From Chiloscyllium plagiosum (taxonomy: Eukaryota): a DNA stretch of 64,000 bases. Positions 50,464-63,489 of the stretch are shown piece by piece (the first letter of the stretch is position 1; every line of letters starts with the position of its first letter). The position numbers and the translations under genes were made by a program. The stretch is taken from assembly GCF_004010195.1 (NCBI RefSeq), contig NC_057711.1, positions 79,394,866 through 79,458,865 of the forward strand, written 5' to 3'. The notes beneath the pieces were generated by a model. It made no database searches. It worked only from the letters and a program-made list of their open reading frames with translations, and was not told where the DNA came from.

Positions 50464-53049
50464 CAAGATCATTTGCTGATTTGATTATTGCACATTTCTG
50501 CCTACCCTACTAACCTTTCATCACCTTGCTTATAAAAATTATAAATTGAGTAATTCTAATTAAGGCACAGCACAGTAAGCTGCAGAAGATTCCCCAACTC
50601 ACCCCCTAAAATGACCCATTGGTTTAACCTCAGTTGAGAACTTGCTCCTATGCCTCTGAATTTTAATTTTTCATCCAGCCTGAGGTCAGACCAGCAATAT
50701 GTTCAGAATTGTGCGCCACTTAGGAGACCTGGCTAATGTCCACTTATAATTACGTTCAGAATGCTCCAAGTGACTTCCAATTTGGCTTTTACCATTGTAG
50801 AGAAACTTGATAGATGCAAAACGATGGTTGCTAATTATACTCTTTAATCGCCAAACAATTCCTTCAGTTAAATACCAGAGTGCTATGGTTTTCTTTCACA
50901 ATTCAAAATGATTTTGAAAGTCAGGGATGAGCCTGTCTCCACAGGGCTGGGAAGCCATGGCTGGATTTTAGTGCTGTCTCACTTTTAACTGCTTGAGGTC
51001 GTGACTTCTATTCCCCATCCAAAAAATGTGAACTTCCACCAGAACAAAGTTGAAATTTGAAATCTTCTCTATGTATGGATATTATCAGTCGTGCTAAATA
51101 CTTTCAGTATTATGTATTTTAGTTCAGACTTCCAGCATGCACAGTATTTTGCTTTTGTCTGACCCTTGTAATGATAACAAGTTAAAACCCTGAAATACTG
51201 TGGACATTTTAAACTAGTAATTTCAAAATGTGTTTTCTAATGCATTTTGATACAACCAAATATGGTAGCAGATATTAATGTTGCCTGGGTAGAGCCCCAC
51301 AGAATATTACACCTATGATATGAACAAAACCTCAAACAATAGCTCTTCTATATAGGGAAAAGGCAAGACAAGACAGTTTGGAATGTGATCTCTTAAGACT
51401 ACAAAGATACAAATTATTTTACAAACTACACCCGTTATTTTGTGTTTTCCCTTTCAAATAATATACAAGGTCAAGATAAAAAAAAAACAGTTTCAACTGT
51501 GCTGGCATGTGCTAGTGGATCTGAACATTTTTATATGTACAGACCCACATTCAAGTGTTCGTGAACTGAGGAAGTCACTGTTGAAGAACAATTCCTTTGT
51601 CACAATATGTTGCATGTAAAAGAAAACCATCTCTCACTCTGAGTATTGCAAATCGGACAAAAAGAAATTGGACAATAAAAAGACTCTCTCTCAGTCTAAA
51701 TTTAATCACAGTGTAAAGAAATCAGAACTGCAGAATCACAGCCGTACAACAAAACTAAGGATTGTGAAAACGATGGTTCAGTCGCCATTGTAAATACTAT
51801 TGGTGTTACCTACTAATACTTTCAATGTCATCCTACCTGCTATTCACAAACACTTCAGAGACTGATCTGTGTATCTATTCTTTTTTAAAACATTTTTTAA
51901 TGTTTTTAGACTCACACAAAGATTAAATATAAGAGATATGTGTGTTCCATTAGGGTTTCTTCTTACATGTACTAATTTTTAGAGACACTGGTGATGTCAA
52001 TGCATGAAAGTCTGTTTGATTTGCTCTTTTTAAAACACAGTTCTTTTTAGTCTAGGAGAAGGATTTCCACAGGGAAGAGATCCTTTTAAAATTAATCTTG
52101 TCGAAATTAACCAAGGGTTGGGTTAATAAATAAGTGGAGGCATTTCATCCCTCCTTATCTGAGGATTTAATAGATTGATGTATCTGATCTCGAACCACAA
52201 CAAATTGGGGAACTGTCCATGATCTGGTTATAATACTCTGGAAGCCCTGGCTTTAGACTGTAAGGGTTGTCTGGTTGTTCAGCAACATCTAAGACATTGA
52301 TATAGTGGCAATACAGGAGCAGGATAAATGCTGCCAGCCTGAGAATGGCTACTGTACACTTGCTTTGTGATGCCTCTGTCACTGCTGTAGAGACGTGTCT
52401 CACCCATCCCAAAATAAAATTGAAGGATAGATTGTAGACTGCTGCAATGTCTTGCAAGCCTTTTCAAACACTGGTGGCCACTGCTATGATTTGCATCAGT
52501 TGGAGCTCGCATGGCAGTAAATTGGAATTGATGATGACTTCTGTCTGAACTTTCATTCAGCATTTAAACATCTGCCTTTGTTGTTCTGAAAGCTGAGACA
52601 GATGTTGCATCATGGATGCATTTCTGTGTTCATGGAAATGTCCATGCTCCCATGCTGGAGAAAATGGTCTGCTAGCTATACATAGCATTATTGGACTGCT
52701 CTATGCTCCATGACATTAGAAGTAGGCTTTTTAACACTTTTGGCAATCTATTAAGCATTTTATGGAACATAATCTTTAGTGTCCTGTGTAGGCCACCCCA
52801 TCGAGGTTATCATCAGAGTCTCCTGCAGCAGAACTGTAACTTCACCATCTGGCAAACTGAGCTGTTCTTGTCTCTCTCCTAATGTCATGACACATGCTGA
52901 TCCCAGCGCTAAGCTATCCTCTGAATAACACATATCAGTAATTGAGCTTGTTGCTGAGAGTGATTGGTGTTTCTTATCCATCACTGTCTTCCTTCATTTC
53001 TGTCACTGCTCTTCCAAGTTGCCATTTTTTGTTTCTGAAATGGAGAAGG

Positions 53050-53367
53050 GTTAGATTAGATTAGATTACTTACAGTGTGGAAACAGGCCCTTCGGCCCAA
53101 CAAGTCCACACCGACCCGCCAAAGCGCAACCCACCCATACCCCTACATTTACCCCTTACCTAACACTACGGGCAATTTAGCATGGCCAATTCACCTGACC
53201 TGCACATCTTTGGACTGTGGGAGGAAACCGGAGCACCGGGGGAAACCCACGCAGACACGGGGAGAACGTGCAAACTCCACACAGTCCGTGGCCTGAGGCG
53301 GGAATTGAACCCGGGTCTCGGGCGCTGTGAGGCAGCAGTGCTAACCACTGTGTCACCGTGCCGCCCA
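53050..53367 (-). mobile_element. Young full-length V-SINE (HE1-like)
   Basis: Highly similar to 12022-12325 in the opposite orientation. CpGs are retained. Tail reads (TTAGA)n on the plus strand. Confidence 0.92.
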
Positions 53368-56049
53368 CGGGTTATAGTGCAAAGGTGATGTAAGAGTGCA
53401 CCTCATGCTTTACATCATCTACTGTTTATAAATCATATGAGGGAAAAGTTTACGAGTGAGATAGAGCAGTAGTTGGAACATTCCAGCTTCTTTAGTTTAT
53501 AACTTCACTGCATACTATGACCATTGCAGTAATGGTGAGCCCTGTCTCCTCAATTGGGGTACAAATATGTAGTTACAGTAAAAGATCCTGAAAGAATTAA
53601 GTATGTTAATAATTATGGTGCAGTGTAATTTGGTGATGTGCTCATCATGGTTTAATGGTTGACCGTGTGGACAAATAATGAGGATGTGTATGTAAATTTT
53701 ATAGCAGTGCTAAATGTCTGACAGTGCTGTAAAGTTAAAAATTGAGAAATGTGAACCACAATTGCTAGAGATTATTGGTAAGCGGTTAAAAGAGTATATT
53801 GTGGTGTATTGAGCAATGTGAGAGGCTTGAAGAGTTGTCCCATATGAAAAATCATTCACTGACTTTAATCAGTCGTATGAAGTCATTTACCTTCTTTGAG
53901 CATCAATTTCAGGATTTTGGAGCTTGACTCTTGTGTTGTCTGGCATGGCTATCCTGTTTTACTGCCTTTTATGTGGTTTGTCTGCAGGGCCTCCTTGACC
54001 TTGTGGATTGATGATGTCTCTCATGTTGTCCACTTTCTGTTCAAAGGCCCTCCATGTATAGCGTCGGAAACCTTGGAGACTGAAATCTGCCACATTGTGT
54101 CATTTATTGATTAGTCCCGATTTTTAAAAATCATTTTAGAATGACTTCCAGCACCTGTTCCCATCTCCATGTGCCTCCTTTTTAAGTATTTTGAATTCTT
54201 GTTAGCATGGTTTTATTTTCCCTGCTTAGCCATGTAGGCAGTCAATGGCACACTCTGTTCTGCTTTGTCTGTGAGGATCACTTGCATTAATAAGAATAGC
54301 TGCCTATGTTAGAAGAAATGGGTATGGTTTAATCTCAGTATGATTCTTGCATCTGCTTTAATCCAATTTAGTGTCTGTGGAGAGAGTACTGATGGTTGTT
54401 ACTACTTCCGTTTCTAATCAAATTATTGACTCTGCATACCATGAAGGCTCAAAGTTTTCTCATCCTAGTTCTTTGCATTGTCATGTTGAGATATTGTTTA
54501 CAAAAGACTAAATAAAAATTGTTGAAATATAATATTAAGAATGAAATTTAAAAATCTGTGCTTTTTAATTTGCTGTTTACTGACTTAATTGTCTGGATGT
54601 TCCCTTGGTCAGAAAGGTCTCCAGTGTAGAAGAGAGCTGAGCATTTGGGACCTGAGCAAACCCCATTCTAGAAAGTACAAAGGTTTGCCTGGAAAATTGA
54701 AGATCCCACTGGGTAATTCCTCTGCATCTGGAACCCTCCAAGAGTCTCCATTTTTAAATCGGATAATTCAGAAGTTTCCACTAAAATCAAGTTTAAATTA
54801 AGCAAATAGTTATTAAATATTACACTAAATATATAGTGTAATTCCTGAGAAACTGTTTAACTGGCCCTATATTGAGCTCTCACAGCTGCAACTACACCTC
54901 GCCAAACATTTGGTCAGACACCCACTCCCTACAGCTAGATTCCAAAACCTTTATTCCTCCCCACCTCACCCTGGACTCTCCACCCTCTTCCCTGCTCTGG
55001 AGTAGTCCGCACCGCTACTGTCCGGATCCGAACTGTACTGATGTCTTTGGTGGGATGGCAGGTTAAGAGAGTAATTGAAGATGGAAGAACAAATATGTCC
55101 ATAGGTTTTCCTTCTTTGCTTATTTAGAAATGAATGATTTAGCTTTGACTCTTCAGCTTTTCTGGTAGGTATTTTACTCCCATTTGAAATACGTTTAAAA
55201 CCTTTTTAAATATATCATTTATTAAAGAGCTAAAATCGGCATATGTGAAAATAGGATTACATGAAATGTATCTGTTTTTGTCATTTGAAGCAAAGATTCC
55301 CTCATTCTATGCCATTCTGTGTATTTGCCTTTATTTGGAGGCCATGTGAATGATAAACCATGTGTTCTGTGAATCTGGTTATTGAGAACGAAAGAGTGCC
55401 TCAGGATTACTGCCCCTCTCTCTTTGGAGAAGTGCCTGGCCGCCTCCTTTTGAACCTAACTGAGAAAGAGAACTTTGTGAAGGGATGAGTATATTCTACC
55501 ACTGGCACAGTTCCTGGTGCAATGTTGCAAATTTTCATTTAGTTTCATTTCTTTTAATATAAAAGTTGTATTATGTATCTGATTCTCAGGAAAAAAGACT
55601 GTTCTTGCAGCTGCTGGCACAGTCTGTTGGCTTTCTGCAAGATACAGAGGTACAACACAATTGTCCATATTGTGTGAAACTTAAAAAGTTTGTTGCTTAT
55701 TGTATCTCTTTTGTGACCTGTGGGCATGAACAATACTTTTCCAGCGTGAACAAAGTGGCATTTCACATTAGTAAATAGAAACAATAATTTAGATATGTGA
55801 AATAAAACTTTGTGGTGATTCCTGTGTTTGTGTATTGAGCTTGTTGCATGTTTTGTTTCCCTATCCAGAAAAGATATGGGGGAGGGGGTGTCAGCAACCG
55901 ACAGTGTGGGCAGTGTTCAAATGTGCAGTAGAATCAGGTGAGATGTTTGTCTTGACATTGGTAATCTCCTCAGAATACCCTCCCTAACCTTGCCAAAGCA
56001 GCATGATGAGATTCTCACGAGAGAGTGGTGAGTTTCCAATTGATATTAT

Positions 56050-56780
56050 TCATTTTTTTTATCGCTTGTGAGATTTGGACATTGTTGGCTAGGCAGCATT
56101 TATTGGCTGTCCCTGACTGGTTTGAGAAGGTGGTGGTGAGCTGCTTTCTAGAACTGCTGTGGATCACCTGCTCTGGGTTGACTCATAATGCTAATAGGGA
56201 GGGAATTCCAGGATTTTGACTCAGTGACAGTGAAGAAGCAACAATATATTTCCAAATCAGCATGGTTAGTGGCTTGGAGGGGAATGTGCTGGTGGCACTA
56301 TCCCCATGCATCTGCTGCTTTCACTACCTCCCCCCCAACTCCAGTTCCCTAGATGGAAGTGGTCATGGACTTGGAAGTTGCTGTCCAAGGATCCATGATG
56401 AATTTCTGCATCCTGTACATGTTGCTGCTTCTGAGCATCTGTGGAGGAGGGAGTTGATATTTATGGATGTGGTGCCAGTCAAGTGGGCTGCTTAGCTCTG
56501 ATGGTGTCAAGCTTCTTCGTATTGTCTGAGCTATGCACATGCAGGCAAATGGAGAGTATTCCATTACACTCCTGACTAGTGCTTCATAGCTGTGGATGGA
56601 CCCTGGGAGCCAGGTGGTGAGTTATTCACCACAGTGTCCCCAGCTCCTGACCTGCTCCTGCAGGCATTTTACCTATGTGGTGAGTCCACTTGAGTTTCTG
56701 GTCAATGGTAACTCCCAGGATGTTCACTGTCAGGGAGTTAGTGATGGTAGTGCCATTGAATGTTAAGGGTAGTGGCCAGA
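56050..56780 (-). mobile_element. LINE 3' fragment, same family as 22015-22835
   Basis: Collinear similarity to 22015-22620, for example GAAGGTGGTGGTGAGCTGC and GGAGAGTATTCCATTACACTCCTGAC. Confidence 0.8.
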
Positions 56781-56799
56781 GTCAAGCTGGAATATTGTC

Positions 56800-56908
56800 C
56801 AGATCTTAAACAAAAAGAAATTGCTGGAAAAGCACAGCAGGTCTGGCAACATCTGTGGAGAGAAAACAGAGTTCATCTTTCAGCTTTCGTGACTCTTCAT
56901 CAGAACTG
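56800..56908 (-). mobile_element. 109 bp PLE terminal-repeat insertion within a LINE 3' fragment
   Basis: TATTGTC direct repeats at 56793-56799 and 56909-56915. Minus strand begins CAGTTCTGATGAAGAGTCACGAAAGCTGAAAG. Confidence 0.7.
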
Positions 56909-57549
56909 TATTGTCGTTCTGTCACTATCATGGTGTCAAAATCCTGCAATTCCTTCCTGAAGGCAGCAGTTCATGAAGGCAGCTCACCACCATGGGAACA
57001 ATGGGGATGATAGGGTCAGGCAGTAAATACTGGCTAGCAAGCAATGCCCACATCCCACAAGTGAATTAAACAAAAAAAGCTTGGTCGTATTCAGTATCTT
57101 AATATCACTTGGAGTAAATTGAATTGACTGAAGACTGGCATCCGTGATGTTGGGGGCGACAGGAAGAGGCCAAGATGGATCATCCAGTTGGCACTTCTGG
57201 CTAAAGATTGCTGCAAATACTTCTCCCTTATCTCCCTTACCTTAGATCTGTGGAGCACTTGGCTCTGTCCATTACTCGCTGCTTATGCTTTTTGGTAACT
57301 TCACTGTGTACACACACTTCTCCCCCTGCTCACATGTGAGAGTGCAACTTTGGGGATCTAGGACTGATATGGTGGGGCACAACAAAGCATTCAAGTCCCC
57401 ACATAGAAACCACATGAACCATGAAAAACAGATCTTTTTCACAAACTCAAACACTGCACCAAAGTTTCAGTTGTGGGCCTATGTGCTCTCCAAAAGTCTT
57501 TCTTTGCTTCTCCATGCTGCTGCACCTCACTGAGCTCCCCTGTTATTGT

Positions 57550-59200
57550 AGAGAACCTAATCCACAGTGGAGATAGGTGACTTTGAAGCTTTGGTTGGGT
57601 AATTCATTCTTGTCTGGTTGGGTCCTCCATGCAGAGTGTGAAGTTCTAAGGATCGGATAGGGGCCGGCAGAGGGGGGGAGGTGGAGGGCCAGCTATCTCT
57701 GCAGTTACCTGAATGTACACAGCAGAAGGCTATGTGTGTGGCTCCCCCTCCAACTGGTTCTTCCTGGTATTGCCCAATCCCCATGTTAGGATGGGGCCTA
57801 GTCCTGGCTTTGGCTCTGAGGACCAGAGTGGTGATGTGGATGTGTGTGTGCGTGGCTTGCCAGCCAATCCTCAGGGTGCCGGGCCTCTCTGGCCATTGCA
57901 TCCTCCATTCTGTCAATGGAGACAGTCAGACAGTCATTGGGCTGGCCATGTTGCTCCAGTTTCTCATTGAGGAGAGCCACAGCATCCCAAGTGCCTGCCT
58001 GCTGGTCTTATCAGTCTCTGAACATGCTCATGATTCTCCTCGTAGTCAGGACCACAAGGTTGTCTTCTATCCCTGGGTGTGCAGGTACCTGGTTTCTGGA
58101 AGTCCTCTGAAAGCCAGAGATTGAGCATTTCTCCTTCATCTGTCTGCACTTCTGTGGGTGTGAGGTCATCAGCAGCCTCCCATCCCACACTCCCTTCGCC
58201 GATCAAGTCCATCATTGTTCCAGTGGCATTCATGCTGGACAGTCCATCGGGCAGCTTTGCTGATAGTTCTTCCTTACCGTGATCAGCTTCTTCTCCTGAA
58301 AGCATGGAGATCTTCTCCAGGGGAGATGGTTACCTCTCACCTAGGATGCTCAGCAGATAGAAAAGGCAGAGGGCATCGCAGCCAATATTAGAAGCAGTGC
58401 CTGATGCAACACACTGCCTGGCGAATGTCAGCAGTACAATGCTATGACAGGTGGGACTTACTCATTTGCCAGGATATATTTGTCTTTGCACCCCTGCAAG
58501 ACCTGTCCTGGTCCTTGCAAGCTCGGCCGAGTCTGGTCTCGAGACAGGCCAAGTATCCTGTTGTTATGGGGAAAAAGGACTCTGACATCCAGATTCCCTC
58601 GCCACACTTCATTTTCTCTCAGCCCTGTTGTGGGATGTTTTGCTTCTGTAGTGAAAAAGAGGTCATATGCAAGTGGATGATATGGCTGTTAGGGCTGGTG
58701 CATATTCTGAGGGAATGAGGGGAGCAACGCAGAGGGGCTGTAGTGTTAGTGGTCTGGGTGGATGGGAGATTAAGGGAATAGGTGAGAGAAAACGTTGCAT
58801 GCAACATGTGTGTCTTAGCAAAGACCTTGGTGGCATGGGAGTCCACTAGCAGAGAGAGACTGAGTCTGAAGCAGCAGAAAGCAGAATGTGACACTTAACC
58901 GGATGGTACAGAGAAGGTCGTGGATAGGGCATCGACTTGGGGGGTGATCTCTGATAAGGCAGACATTGTGTGGTTGTACAGCTTTCTTTGCTTGTCCTTG
59001 GGCAAAGGGTGGTCCTCCTGTGGAACACCCGATCAACCAGGACCTTCAGGTGGAGAACCTTGGTGCCAACTTTCGCTTGTCAACCATCTTCATCCAGTCA
59101 CCAGTCATAAGCAGGGCAGATGCCAGATGCAACTCCTTCAGGTGCACTGTGGCCTCTTAAAGATGGGTGGCTGCAGTGGATGCTGATCTTACTATAGATG
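57550..59200 (-). mobile_element. PIF/Harbinger-like transposon remnant (Myb/SANT gene)
   Basis: Minus strand about 59090-58890 reads KMVDKRKLAPRFS / LKVLVDRVFHRRTTLCP ... HDLLCTIR across frameshifts. The GC-richer downstream sequence is probably part of the same element. Boundaries are uncertain and no TIRs were identified. Confidence 0.55.
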
Positions 59201-60529
59201 TCCAGGGAATAGCAAGTTCTTATGAGATGAGTCGATAGGATGGAGATATGATGTGATACTCCCCATTGGGTTAACAATGGGAATTGAAGTGGAAACTTTG
59301 GTAAGATACAGCAAGAAAAGTCGCCCTTCCTCTTGGTGACTTTCATTCCATTAAACTTGATGTGACTCATACAATACAAATAAAACAGTAAGATTCTACT
59401 CATAGTATTTAACTGAGAGAGTTGTATAATGTGTGAGCTAGTGTTTTCCATTCCATTCACAAAAGCATTCAGTTCACGTTTGTACGTGGAACACAAAGAC
59501 TTTCTACGTGAAACTTAGAAGGAGGAAGTCAAGGATTTTAACTCTTAGGTCATCAGATTTAGGATTGATGTGGATAAATGTCTAAAGGTCAGCTGGATCA
59601 GTGGAGTATGTAAACTCACTAAGTCTCAATTTACCTAGGGGAAAAAAAACAAATTCATCTTCTTCTATAAATAATTGGTTGGACAAAAATATAAGTTGTT
59701 TCCATGATTTGGAGAACCACACTATCTTTATCCAATGCAACTTCACCTTTGTCAGCTGAGTTAGATTATCATTGCCTGGATTCAATTCTTACACAATTGC
59801 AGCTAATGAATCTCTGTAATGGCTTTCCTTCCCACTCACACACCATTTCTTTTCGGAATTGTTCATCCATGGCTGTACTCACCATCATTTGTCATGGCTC
59901 TTTCATTGGCTTTGAGTTGTCAGGCAGTTTGCCTGGTGATCATTACTGAATGAGCTGTAGTTTCTTCCACTTTTTAAAAGAAATTCACTCGTGGGATGTA
60001 GTTGTCACTGGCTGGGCCAGTATTTATTGCCCTTGAGAAGGTGGTGAACTTCCTTCTTGACCCACTACAGCCCATGTGCTTAGACTTGCGGAAGACCAAG
60101 ATATTGTCTGTCTCTGTTCCCAGTGCAATTTCTTTTTCTGTTTCCACTGATTTCAGTCCCCACTTGTATCTGGCATCCATGCTGAATTACTTGACCACTG
60201 AACTCCCACCCTGTTATTATTTTTAACATCACTAATAATATTTCCTCTTGTCCACATTGTCATTATTGCCTGTCCTTTTATTCAACCTGGGTATCACTCA
60301 GTGTAGCAAGGTTCTACCATGGGTCTTCATGTGACTCAACAGGATAAATTTTGACTGACAATTTACTCTTTTAATTTTTGACTTTTGAGCTCATGGTAAG
60401 GATGTCTCCTTCATTGGTGAAATATGAAGGGCAAGATTTGCTTCCTTCTCTTTCCTGTTTCAGCTCTGCCTTATCATTAAGTTCTTTAGACTTGAAACGA
60501 TGCAGTTTGATGGACAGGTTTTCACTATT

Positions 60530-61400
60530 TTGAGTGATTGCTTGCAATTACTCAGTCATTGTTGTCAATGCTGCCATGCGTCAGGCAGAGTTCAGAGTGT
60601 CTTTGAAGTCATTTCTTTGTCAAATAGCCAACCTTCCAGGAAAGAACAATGAAGAAAAAGGGCCTGGCAAGAGAGATGCCTTTCGGTAATTCAGGTAGTG
60701 TCTAATAGAATTGATTTTGCAGGAGCTCTGCTTGTTGGGCTGGCTTCAAGAAGGACACTCCTTTGATTGACAACCTGCTCATTAAATCCAGAAACTGTTG
60801 CAGGGGTACTGCTGATAGAGTTTCTCTAATTTTCTTATGTGTCACTAACACTGGTTCACTAATGTTCTTTTAAGGAAGAAAATCTACCATTCCTACCTGG
60901 TCTGGACTACATTTGACTCCAGACCCATAGCAATTTGGTTGACTCATAACTGCCCTCTGGGCAATTAGGGACAGGCAATAAATGCTGGCCTTATGTTCCA
61001 CATAAACTGAACAAAACAAAACACATCAAGCTTGTCTCAATACAGTTGGTGGTAATGATTGCTTTGTACACTAGGACTTCTGTTGACTTGCCAGTGTCTT
61101 TTCCATCAAGCACTCAATGTCTCACGATTGTAGAAGGTGAAGTTAATGCAGATAAGCCAAATGTCTCTTCATCAATGGTGGTCTTTTATAGAAAAGTGGC
61201 TTCTCAGGTATGGTAAGTACTCAATATATCCCAGAGTTTCCTCTTCACCGTATATCGAAGTGGAATATTTGGCAACATTCAAGGACAGGCTGAGTCCTTT
61301 GTATACAGAATTAAAGAGCTTGAGAATACCTGCAAATCTGGTACAGAGTAGACAGTGACACTGCAGTCATCTGCAAACCATAGATCAAAAATAACTTAGT
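60530..61400 (-). mobile_element. RTE-like LINE fragments with a SINE inserted at about 60850-61015
   Basis: Minus strand FADDCSV at about 61358-61378 and EYLPYLRS at about 61200-61222. Confidence 0.55.
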
Positions 61401-63102
61401 TTGCTTTTGGCATAAAGGCAGCTGAGGTTAAACAATTTTCCATCTATCTGGTATTTCAGTGACCAAATGATCTTTTGAGGTGAGCTTTCATGGAAAACTG
61501 CAAATAGCAATGAGAGAATCTAACCATCGCCGGTTGACATTCAATGGCGCTGCAATCACTAAGTACCACATCACCATCACTCTGGGGATTACCATTGACC
61601 AGAAACTGAAGGATTACCCACCTAAGTACTGTGGCTACAAGAGCAGAGGTTTGGAATCTTTCGTGAGTAGCTCACCTCCTGATTTCTTGAGATCTGTCCA
61701 CAAGGCAAAACTCAGGAGTGTGATGGAATACTTCCCACTTGTTTGGGTGAGTGTAGCTCCAACAACATTGAAGAAGCTTGACCAAAGTATCTTGCCAGTC
61801 ACCGTAGTTTTAAACTCAGGAAATACAAGTGGACGTTCTCCAAAGAGAAGCCACTTCAGTTCAGTGTTTCTTGCTGCTAGGCTACCTGGGAGCCTACAGC
61901 AATGACTGTGCATCAAGACACGTGGCATCTGACCAGAGGAGAATTGGGCTGTGCAGATATGAGTAGTTAATTCAGCTTGAGGTATGCACAATGGCATCAG
62001 TGACAGTGGAGCATTTGCTGGCATCGCTGTGAGAGATTGCAAGAGATAGGATGTCTGTTAGATAGGTGCAGGTCATAGCCTCCACATTTCTGGGGATGCA
62101 GTGTAAGAGGCTACAGTCAAGGAGCAAGTTATGGTGAGTGGGCAAGTTGAGGGTCTCTCATTCCCCTGCAGACACCAGACTCCCGAAGGAAGAAGTCAAA
62201 ATAATGTTACAGGCTTCTGAACCCAGACTTGGGAGGGAGGGAGGGTGCATGTAAGTAAATGGAGAGAGTATGTTTGTGTGGGAGAGAGAGGGAGAGTATG
62301 CACACTGTGAGACTTCGTGATATATACAAATACCATTGCTGTTTGCTGTCAAGCTTGTACATTGGTAGAATCCATAAATACATCAGTTGGAGACCTGCAT
62401 TAAGGTTTGTTGATTTTTGTCAATTTGAATGCTTGTTGCAAGTGTCCCATTGATATATGCATGGATTCTACCCTAATGTACTTGGGGATGGCCTGGTGAG
62501 TATCAGCTGCCATGCAGATTCGCAGTTGAGGAGATGTTCAAAATGTTGTTTGCAGCATTGATGAATGCCATCCTAATTATTAAGTAAAGACAATCAGTAC
62601 TTTAAGCAAAGAGGATTTTGTCGATTTAACCTCCGTCTGTGTGGGACTTTGTCTATAGATGGCTTCAATGGTTAGTATATCATTGGGTCTCTCAAGCTTT
62701 CTCCTCCTTCTGCTTGTCCTTTATTTTCCAAATTTGTCTTTGAGTTTCAGCCTTGAGTTGTTGGAATGCTGCCTTTTTGACTTGTAACCTTGGGTATATC
62801 TGCCAAACAATGAAGGCTGCTTCTTTTTGTTCCAGGAAGTCACATTTCTACATCAGATCATTGAACCCAGTTCTGGTTTCTCAAATCCTTGGTCTTGGAT
62901 CCACTGCTATACATTGTGGTACCAACCACTAGTGTCTTGTGGTTGTGGTAAAGTGCTGTCAGGAATCTTCCTTTCTACTTTTCTAAAAATAAAACCTTAA
63001 ACACGTTAGATAGCCTTTGCCTGGGCATTGTAACAAAACAAAAATCAAGCTGTCAATGAAAACTGACACACCTGCAATGGAAACGTATCAAAATTAAATC
63101 AA

Positions 63103-63478
63103 GGGACTTCACCAGTTTCCTCATTTTCCCTCCCCCCACATTACCCCAGTTCCAACCTTCCAGCTCAGCACTGTCCTCATGACCTGTCTTACCTGCCAAC
63201 CTCCCTTCCCACCTATCCGCTCCACCCTCCCGTCTGACCTATCACCTCCATCCCCACCCCCATTCACCTATTGTACTCTTTGCTACCTTCTCCCCAGCCC
63301 CATCCCCCTCCCATTTATCTCTCTACCTTGGAGGCTCCCTGCCTCCATTCCTGATGAAGGGCTTTTGCCTGAAACGTCGATTTTTCCTGCTCTTGGATGC
63401 TGCCTGACCTGCTGTGCTTTTCCAGCTCCACTCTGATCTAAACTCTGGTTTCCAGCATCTGCAGTCCTCACTTTTGGC
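63103..63478 (+). mobile_element. PLE 3' terminal region with the best-preserved hammerhead core
   Basis: Collinear with 17090-17251 and 17790-18122. Confidence 0.85.
63346..63383 (+). ncRNA. Minimal type I hammerhead ribozyme motif (putative)
   Basis: CTGATGA (63351-63357), stem II hairpin GGGC-TTTT-GCCT, GAAA, then CGTC. The palindrome ACGT replaces stem III and GUC is the predicted cleavage triplet (63376-63378). Stem I pairing is weak and activity is untested. Confidence 0.7.
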
Positions 63479-63489
63479 CAAAATTAAAT

